In this document: in pieces, positions 49,221-55,183 of the stretch
Layout: each line of letters starts with the position of its first letter
Position numbering within the stretch: the stretch's first letter is position 1
Source of the DNA: Acidocella sp.
Lineage (GTDB): Bacteria > Pseudomonadota > Alphaproteobacteria > Acetobacterales > Acetobacteraceae
Length of the DNA: 55,183 nucleotides
Assembly (NCBI RefSeq): GCF_028687955.1
Contig: NZ_JAQTZC010000002.1
Span: forward strand, 1-55,183
Reading direction: 5' to 3'
Position numbers and translations under genes: made by a program
Notes under the pieces: model-generated
Databases searched by the model: none
What the model saw: only the letters and a program-made list of their open reading frames with translations
Told to the model about the DNA's origin: nothing

Positions 49221-49550
49221 TCAGTTGTCCATGTCCGGGTCGTACTGCGGCTCGGGCGCGCGGTTCAGCTTCAGGGTCCCGGTGGTGTCCACGGGCGCCG
49301 CCGCAGCGCCTTCGGCCTTGGAGGCATCGAACAGCATGATCGGCGCCCCCGGCATCACGGTGCTGATCGCGTGCTTATACACGAGCTGGGTATGCCCATC
49401 GCGGCGCAGCAGCACGGAGAAATTATCAAACCAGGTGATAACACCCTGTAATTTCACGCCATTCACAAGAAACACCGTCACAGGTGTCTTGCTCTTGCGG
49501 ACGTGATTCAGGAACACGTCCTGAACGTTCTGAGACTTATCGTTGGCCAC
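49221..49550 (-). CDS. hfq: RNA chaperone Hfq
   Basis: [16 protein letters not shown] and YKHAIST motifs; GTG start after AAGGA; hfq-hflX synteny. Confidence 0.97.
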   Translation of the reverse strand: MANDKSQNVQDVFLNHVRKSKTPVTVFLVNGVKLQGVITWFDNFSVLLRRDGHTQLVYKHAISTVMPGAPIMLFDASKAEGAAAAPVDTTGTLKLNRAPEPQYDPDMDN

Positions 49551-49708
49551 GGCGGTTATCCTTTTTTTGTCGTCCTGCGGACGATGACTGAGTCGGGTTA
49601 TCCTAAAAGCGCAAAGTTTACCGGTACCTGCGTGGCGCGCGGCACCGGCTGTTTCAACTATATCCAAATTGTGCGTCGCGACAACCAGCGCAAGGGGCGG
49701 CAGCGCCG

Positions 49709-51007
49709 TTAAATCGTGCTCCAGAGTAACGCGAAGTTGAACACCAGGATCAACCCGGTTACCAGCCAGCCCGCCCCGCGCAGCCAAACCGGCGGGCGGA
49801 GCGCCTTCAGCCGTACCACGAAAAACATCAGCGGCAGCATTGCAAACGGCAACTGCAATGAGAGAACAACCTGGCTCAGCACCAGCAGCTTGTTCACCGC
49901 CGCCGGCCCGGCCAACACCAGCACGCCCACAACAGGCAGCACCGCCAGCCCGCGCGTGAGCAGCCGGCGCGCCGCCACGGGCATGCGCATGCGCAAAAAC
50001 CCTTCCATCACCACCTGCCCGGCCAGCGTGCCGGTCACCGTGGCGTTAATCCCCGAGCCCAGCAACGCCACGGCGAAAATAATCGCCGCCGCGCGGTTGC
50101 CCAGAATCGGCGAGAGCAGCGCGAATGCTCGCCCCAGATCCTGCACATTCGTCTCCCCATGCGCGTGGAACACGCTGCCCGCCATCACCAGAATCGCCGC
50201 GTTCACGAAAAACGCGAACACCAGTGCCGCGCAGCTATCCACCAGCGCCCAGAAAATGGCGCTGCGCCGGGCTTTCTCGCCCTCATGCACATGGCGCGTC
50301 TGCACCAGAGCCGAGTGCAGATACAAATTATGCGGCATCACCGTGGCGCCGATGATCCCAACGCCGATATAGAGCATCCCTGGATTGCTCAGCAGCGTCA
50401 TATGCGGCGTCAGCCCCGCCAGGATTGGCCCCAGCGCCGCATGCGCCATCAGAATTTCAATGAACAGCGCCATCGCGATCACGCTGCACAGCCCGATCAC
50501 CGCCGCCTCCAGCAGCCGCATCCCCGAGCGCAGCAGCATCAGCACCACAAACGCATCGCCGATGGTTAAAACCGCGCCCAGCAGCAGCGGAATATGGAAC
50601 AACAGGTTGAGCGCGATGGCGCCGCCGATCACCTCCGCCACATCGCAGGCGATAATCGCGCTCTGCGCCGCCACCCACATCACCGCGCCCCAGAACGGCG
50701 GCATCGCCGCGCGCGTCAACTGCGCCAGGTCGCGCCCCGTCGCCAGCCCCAGCCATGCCGCCAGCGCCTGCAACACCATCGCCATCACGCTGGCCAGCAG
50801 CACCACGGCCAGCAGCGCATAGCCGTAGCTAGACCCAGCGGCGAGGTCCGTCGCCCAGTTGCCCGGGTCCATATACCCCACCGCGATGATATACCCCGGC
50901 CCGAACGCCGCCAAAAACTGCCGCCATTTCCCCGCGCCGGCCGGCGCGCGCACGCTACCATGCACATCCGAGAGCGAAAGATCGGTTGCTTCGGTCTTGA
51001 TGTTCAT
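49709..51007 (-). CDS. mntH: Nramp-family Mn2+ transporter
   Basis: GYMDPGNW and [13 protein letters not shown] motifs. Confidence 0.95.
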   Translation of the reverse strand: MNIKTEATDLSLSDVHGSVRAPAGAGKWRQFLAAFGPGYIIAVGYMDPGNWATDLAAGSSYGYALLAVVLLASVMAMVLQALAAWLGLATGRDLAQLTRAAMPPFWGAVMWVAAQSAIIACDVAEVIGGAIALNLLFHIPLLLGAVLTIGDAFVVLMLLRSGMRLLEAAVIGLCSVIAMALFIEILMAHAALGPILAGLTPHMTLLSNPGMLYIGVGIIGATVMPHNLYLHSALVQTRHVHEGEKARRSAIFWALVDSCAALVFAFFVNAAILVMAGSVFHAHGETNVQDLGRAFALLSPILGNRAAAIIFAVALLGSGINATVTGTLAGQVVMEGFLRMRMPVAARRLLTRGLAVLPVVGVLVLAGPAAVNKLLVLSQVVLSLQLPFAMLPLMFFVVRLKALRPPVWLRGAGWLVTGLILVFNFALLWSTI

Positions 51008-51015
51008 CAAGCTCT

Positions 51016-51044
51016 ATTATGTAGCCTTGGCTACACTTTTGCAA
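51016..51044 (-). promoter_or_regulatory. Sigma70-type mntH promoter
   Basis: On the minus strand: TTGCAA (51044-51039), a 17-nt spacer, then CATAAT (51021-51016). Confidence 0.7.
51020..51035. promoter_or_regulatory. MntR operator
   Basis: Palindrome TGTAGC-CTTG-GCTACA matching the TAGC-N4-GCTA MntR core, between divergent mntH and mntR. Confidence 0.85.
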
Positions 51045-51096
51045 GCGCGCCTTCAATGTGTCATCCTTTCAATGCGCCACCTGGAGATCGCCCGTT

Positions 51097-51540
51097 TTGC
51101 TGAAACCTTGCCCCCCGCCGCCCATGCCCGCAGAGCCCACCCAGGCGCGGCGTTTCAGCAAGGCTCGCGCCGCGCAGAGTTATGCGCTGCTGGAGGATTA
51201 TGTGGAGCTGATTGATGATTTGCTCACCGCCACCGGCGAGGCCCGCGCGACTGACATCGCCCGGCGCTTAGGCGTCAGCCACGCCACGGTCATCAAGGCC
51301 ATCGGCCGCCTCAAGCGCGAGGGCCTGGCCACCTCGCTGCCTTATCGTGGCGTGTTCCTCACCCCCGCGGGTGAAACACTGGCGGGCAAATCACGCGCCC
51401 GCCACCGCCTGGTGGTGGCCGTGCTCACCGCCATCGGCGTGCCACCCGAAGCCGCCGAGCAGGACGCCGAGGGCCTGGAACACCACATCTCCCCCGCTAC
51501 GTTGAAGGCTTTTGCCGCGTTTCTCAAGCGCCAGGGCTGA
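51097..51540 (+). CDS. mntR: Mn-dependent transcriptional regulator (DtxR family)
   Basis: EDYVELI, LGVSHATV, YRGVFLT, RH and DAEGLEHH motifs. Start uncertain (51097 or 51124). Confidence 0.93.
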   Translation: MLKPCPPPPMPAEPTQARRFSKARAAQSYALLEDYVELIDDLLTATGEARATDIARRLGVSHATVIKAIGRLKREGLATSLPYRGVFLTPAGETLAGKSRARHRLVVAVLTAIGVPPEAAEQDAEGLEHHISPATLKAFAAFLKRQG

Positions 51541-51569
51541 AACCCCGGCGCCGCGCGCCCGCCGGCCTG

Positions 51570-51584
51570 TTATACCAGCCCGCC
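51570..51584. repeat. Fragment of the 125-bp element family
   Basis: TTATACCAGCCCGCC is identical to 9189-9203 and is preceded by GCCGCGCGC as in the element linker; lies between convergent genes. Confidence 0.5.
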
Positions 51585-51598
51585 CATGCCCGGCGGTG

Positions 51599-52198
51599 TC
51601 AGCCCACCGGCACCAAACCGCCGGTTTGTACGTTAAAATGCATCCCCGCCAGAGTCAGGCTGCCATCGGCCACCCGCGCCGCAATCCAGGGAAATGTCAT
51701 CAGATTCTCAAGCGAATCACGAATCGCCTCATGCTCGCAGGCGTGGCACAGCGAGTCGAAATCCGCATCCCCGGCCTGCGGCGAATCGCAAACCCGCTGG
51801 CGCGCTTTATGCGCAATGGTCATCCAGGAGGCGATAAAATCCCCCTGGCCGGCGCCGGGCCCCTTCATCAGCGCGCGAATCCCCCCGCACTGGCTGTGGC
51901 CCAGCACCACGATGGTGCACACCTTCAGCGCCGTCACCGCGAATTCCAGCGCGGCGGAGGTGCCGTGGTTGCCGGTATCGGGCGCATAGGGCGGCACCAG
52001 CGCGCTCACGTTGCGCACCACGAAAATCTCCCCCGGCGCGCAATCAAAAATCACCTCCGGCGCCACGCGGGAATCCGCGCAGGCGATCACCATCGCCGGC
52101 GGCGACTGCCCGTCGCGCGCCAGCATCGAGAACAAAGCCTTGTGCCGGCGCCAGTACCCTTTGCGGAACCGCGCATATCCGTCCATCAACGTCTTCAT
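51599..52198 (-). CDS. Beta carbonic anhydrase
   Basis: CADSR, VVRNV and GHSQCGG zinc-ligand motifs. Confidence 0.95.
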   Translation of the reverse strand: MKTLMDGYARFRKGYWRRHKALFSMLARDGQSPPAMVIACADSRVAPEVIFDCAPGEIFVVRNVSALVPPYAPDTGNHGTSAALEFAVTALKVCTIVVLGHSQCGGIRALMKGPGAGQGDFIASWMTIAHKARQRVCDSPQAGDADFDSLCHACEHEAIRDSLENLMTFPWIAARVADGSLTLAGMHFNVQTGGLVPVG

Positions 52199-52983
52199 AG
52201 TCCGGCTTCCTTTGCCTTGTTCCAGAGCGCGTCCATCTCCGCCAGATCAGACATTTGCGGCGTCTTGCCCGCGCGCGCCAGCGCATCTTCCACAAAGCCA
52301 AACCGGCGGGCGAATTTCGCATTCGCCCCCGCCAGGCACTCTTCCGCGTTCAGCCCCAGCTTGCGCGCCAGATTGGCCATCACGAACAACATATCCCCGA
52401 GTTCATCGGCCAGCCGTGCCGGGGCCGCGCCGGGCAGTTCGGCGCGCAACTCGCGCACCTCTTCCTCCAGCTTGTCCAGCACCGCCTCCGCATGCGGCCA
52501 ATCAAACCCCACCCGCGCCGCCCGCGCGCAAAACTTATGCGCCCGCGCCAAAGCGGGCAGGGCGCTCGCCACCCCGCTCAATGTCCCGCTTTCGGCCTTC
52601 TCCAGCCGCTCCTGCGCTTTTTGCGCCTCCCAGGCGGCGCTCTGCGCCCCGGCATCGCGCGCCGCCTCGCCGCCAAACACATGCGGATGCCGCCGGATCA
52701 TCTTCTCCGTAATTCCCGCCGCCACCTCGTCAAAGCCAAACCACCCGCGCTCGCTGGCCATCTGCGCATGGTAGACCACCTGAAACAGCAAATCCCCCAG
52801 CTCATCGCGCAACGCTTCCGGCTCCCCGGACTCGATCGCCGCCCGCACCTCATAGGCTTCCTCGATCGTATAAGGCGCGATCGTCGAAAAATCCTGCTCC
52901 TTGTCCCAGGGGCAGCCCGTAACAGGGTGCCGCAGCGCGGCCATGACATTGATAAGCTCGAGTACGCGCGGTTGATCGGTCAT
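52195..52983 (-). CDS. mazG: Nucleoside triphosphate pyrophosphohydrolase MazG
   Basis: GCPWD, EEAYEV, ELGDLL, RRHPHVF and GFDW motifs. Confidence 0.95.
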   Translation of the reverse strand: MTDQPRVLELINVMAALRHPVTGCPWDKEQDFSTIAPYTIEEAYEVRAAIESGEPEALRDELGDLLFQVVYHAQMASERGWFGFDEVAAGITEKMIRRHPHVFGGEAARDAGAQSAAWEAQKAQERLEKAESGTLSGVASALPALARAHKFCARAARVGFDWPHAEAVLDKLEEEVRELRAELPGAAPARLADELGDMLFVMANLARKLGLNAEECLAGANAKFARRFGFVEDALARAGKTPQMSDLAEMDALWNKAKEAGL

Positions 52984-53087
52984 GGCCAAGTTGTAAATTC
53001 CCCAGCCGCAAATGGCCAGGGCCGCGTTGCTCCCCCCGCCGATCAATGCTTCACTGCCCCCGCCGCCCCTCAATTCAGGAGCCCGCG

Positions 53088-53567
53088 ATGACCAGTGCCT
53101 ATAATTTCTCCTTCGAGACCCTCCAGGGGCAGCCTTATCCCCTGCGTGCGCTCGCCGGCCGGCCGCTGCTCATCGTCAATACCGCCTCCCAATGCGGCTT
53201 CACCCCGCAGTACAAGGCGCTGGAAGCCCTCTGGCAGGCCCATAAAACCAGCGGCCTGGTGGTCATTGGCGTCCCCAGTAATGATTTTGGTGCCCAGGAG
53301 CCCGGTTCCGCCACGGAAATCGCCAGCTTCTGCGAACTCAATTACGGTGTTGACTTCCCCATGATGGCCAAGGTCCATGTCAAAGGTTCTGATGCCCACC
53401 CGTTTTTCCAATGGGCGGCGGGGCAGGGGGGCTTTCTCGCCAAACCCCGCTGGAATTTCTACAAATACCTCATCAACAAAAACGGCGGGCTGGAGGACTG
53501 GTTCTCCAGCCTCACCCGCCCCGACTCACCAAAATTCAAGGCGGCAATTGCGAAAATGCTAGGTTGA
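53088..53567 (+). CDS. Glutathione peroxidase family protein (Cys-type)
   Basis: [20 protein letters not shown] and WNFYKYL motifs; AGGAG SD. Confidence 0.93.
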   Translation: MTSAYNFSFETLQGQPYPLRALAGRPLLIVNTASQCGFTPQYKALEALWQAHKTSGLVVIGVPSNDFGAQEPGSATEIASFCELNYGVDFPMMAKVHVKGSDAHPFFQWAAGQGGFLAKPRWNFYKYLINKNGGLEDWFSSLTRPDSPKFKAAIAKMLG

Positions 53568-53964
53568 TCATCCGCAGCACCTCGTTCCACAACCCATACG
53601 CATCAAAATCATCCTGCCTCACCCAGGCAAGCTCGCTCACATCATCGCCCGCCGCCGCCTCGCCGCCCACATAGCGCGCGCCAAAGTCGAGGATGGTGTA
53701 ATGATATTCGATGCGCCCCCCGGCATCGTAATGGATGGAATCCACATGCCCGAGCAGCACCAGCGCCCCGCATTCCAGCCCGGTCTCCTCGCGCAGCTCC
53801 CGCCGGGCGCAATCCTGCGCGCTCTCGCCCAGCTCCTGCCTGCCGCCGGGCAGCGACCACGCCCCCGCCGCCGGCGGCCGCCCGCGGCGGACCAGCAAAA
53901 CCTCATCGCCGCGCAGCAACACAATTCCAATGCCCACGCGCGGATGTTCCGGGTAGCGCCTCAT
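53536..53964 (-). CDS. Nudix hydrolase
   Basis: Nudix box [23 protein letters not shown]. Confidence 0.92.
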   Translation of the reverse strand: MRRYPEHPRVGIGIVLLRGDEVLLVRRGRPPAAGAWSLPGGRQELGESAQDCARRELREETGLECGALVLLGHVDSIHYDAGGRIEYHYTILDFGARYVGGEAAAGDDVSELAWVRQDDFDAYGLWNEVLRMINLAFSQLPP

Positions 53965-55183
53965 CCTGCCCGCACGGTCAAAATCGCCTCGCGCTGATCG
54001 AACAAATTCAGCAACACCCGCACCGCCTGCCCGCGTTCGCTCTCCAGCCTCGGGTCGCGCTGCAACAGCAGCACCGCGTCCTGGCGTGCCATCGGCAACA
54101 AATCCGCATGTTTCTCCGCATCCGCCAGCCGGTATCCGGGCAGGCCGGACTGCTTGGTGCCGAGAAAATCCCCCGAGCCGCGCAGCCTGAAATCCTCATC
54201 GGCAATCACGAACCCATCCTCGGTATCGCGCAGCAACGCCAGACGCTTGCGCGCGCCCCCGCTGATCTTGTCATCATGCAGCAGCAGGCAAAAACTTTTC
54301 GCATCGCCGCGTCCCACCCGTCCGCGCAGCTGGTGCAACTGCGCCAGGCCAAACCGCTCGGCATGCTCTATCACCATGATATTCGCCGCGCGCACATCCA
54401 TCCCAACCTCGATCACCGTCGTCGCCACCAAAATCTTGCAGCGCCCGGCGCCAAAATCGTCCAGCGCCGCATCGCGCACCGCCGCCTCCTGCTGCCCATG
54501 CGCCAGCGCCACCAGCGCACCGAAGCGTTCGCGCAACTGCGCGTAGCGCACCTCGGTCGCGGTAATGTCCAACACCTCGGATTCCGTCACCAGCGGGCAC
54601 ACCCAATACACCAGCCCCCCCGCCGCGATCGCCCGCTCAATCGCCGCCAGCACCTTCTCCAGTTCCGAGACCTTGTGCAGCGTCGTGGTGATTTTCTGCC
54701 GCCCCGCCGGCTTTCCGGTAATCCGGCTCACCTCCATCTCCGCCCAATGGGTCAGCAGCAGCGTGCGCGGTATCGGCGTTGCGGTCATCACCAGCAAATC
54801 GGCGGCATCTCCCTTGGCGCTCAGCGCCAGCCGCTGGTCCACACCAAAGCGATGCTGCTCATCAATCACCGCCAGCGCGAGGTCATTAAATGCCACCTCT
54901 TTCTGGAATATCGCGTGCGTGCCAATCACAATCGGCAAACGCCCATCCGCCAGCGCCGCCAGAATCCGCCGCCGCTCAACCCCCTTCACATTGCCCGTCA
55001 ACAACGCCACCGGCACCGGGCAGAGTTTCTGAAACGTCGCATAATGTTGCTTAGCGAGAATCTCGGTCGGGGCCATCAGCGCCGCCTGCGCGCCTGCCTC
55101 CACCGCGCGCAGCATCGCCAGCAAGGCCACCAGCGTCTTGCCCGCGCCCACATCGCCCTGCAACAGCCGCAACATCTGGTGCG
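53961..55183 (-). CDS. recG: ATP-dependent DNA helicase RecG (3' part; start lies outside the window)
   Basis: [35 protein letters not shown] and TRG-motif region. Confidence 0.96.
   Translation of the reverse strand, partial: HQMLRLLQGDVGAGKTLVALLAMLRAVEAGAQAALMAPTEILAKQHYATFQKLCPVPVALLTGNVKGVERRRILAALADGRLPIVIGTHAIFQKEVAFNDLALAVIDEQHRFGVDQRLALSAKGDAADLLVMTATPIPRTLLLTHWAEMEVSRITGKPAGRQKITTTLHKVSELEKVLAAIERAIAAGGLVYWVCPLVTESEVLDITATEVRYAQLRERFGALVALAHGQQEAAVRDAALDDFGAGRCKILVATTVIEVGMDVRAANIMVIEHAERFGLAQLHQLRGRVGRGDAKSFCLLLHDDKISGGARKRLALLRDTEDGFVIADEDFRLRGSGDFLGTKQSGLPGYRLADAEKHADLLPMARQDAVLLLQRDPRLESERGQAVRVLLNLFDQREAILTVRAG

Noticed and set aside
51008-51096. Mn-sensing yybP-ykoY riboswitch upstream of mntH
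   Set aside because: No room for a leader; the region is explained by the promoter and MntR operator.
53088-53567. Selenocysteine glutathione peroxidase
   Set aside because: The active-site codon is TGC (Cys); there is no in-frame TGA.

Overview
This is a GC-rich core-chromosome segment from an alphaproteobacterium; gene content and the GTTC-N7-GTTC SOS boxes point to Acetobacteraceae (Acidocella/Acidiphilium-like), which is an inference. It is mostly housekeeping. From left to right: a TPP-riboswitch-controlled thiYZX-type ABC importer; ribF-ileS-lspA; lysA and argH with an unannotated 41-aa lipoprotein between them; tlpA, secB, argC, phasin, uvrB, eipB-like and a stand-alone, atypical EF-G; alkA and a hopanoid/MEP cluster (hpnH, ispH, dxs, hpnM, hpnI, hpnJ); trpF, aroC, fabI, pdxH, rsmI, lpoA-like, phoR-like, recA (two LexA boxes) and argG; two sulfotransferase-family genes, a metal ABC transporter, hflX-hfq, mntH/mntR (with MntR operator), beta-carbonic anhydrase, mazG, gpx, a Nudix hydrolase and the 3' part of recG. 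Accessory signals are small: an IS630 end truncating an M41-peptidase remnant at the left edge, a patch of IS debris at 43.1-43.6 kb, and a 125-bp multi-palindromic element with ATACC...GGTAT ends present twice (123/125 identical) plus related fragments. The best candidates for something undescribed are that repeat family and an unannotated 42-aa single-TM peptide directly downstream of recA. No rRNA, tRNA, CRISPR array or large novel multi-gene system is supported by the sequence.
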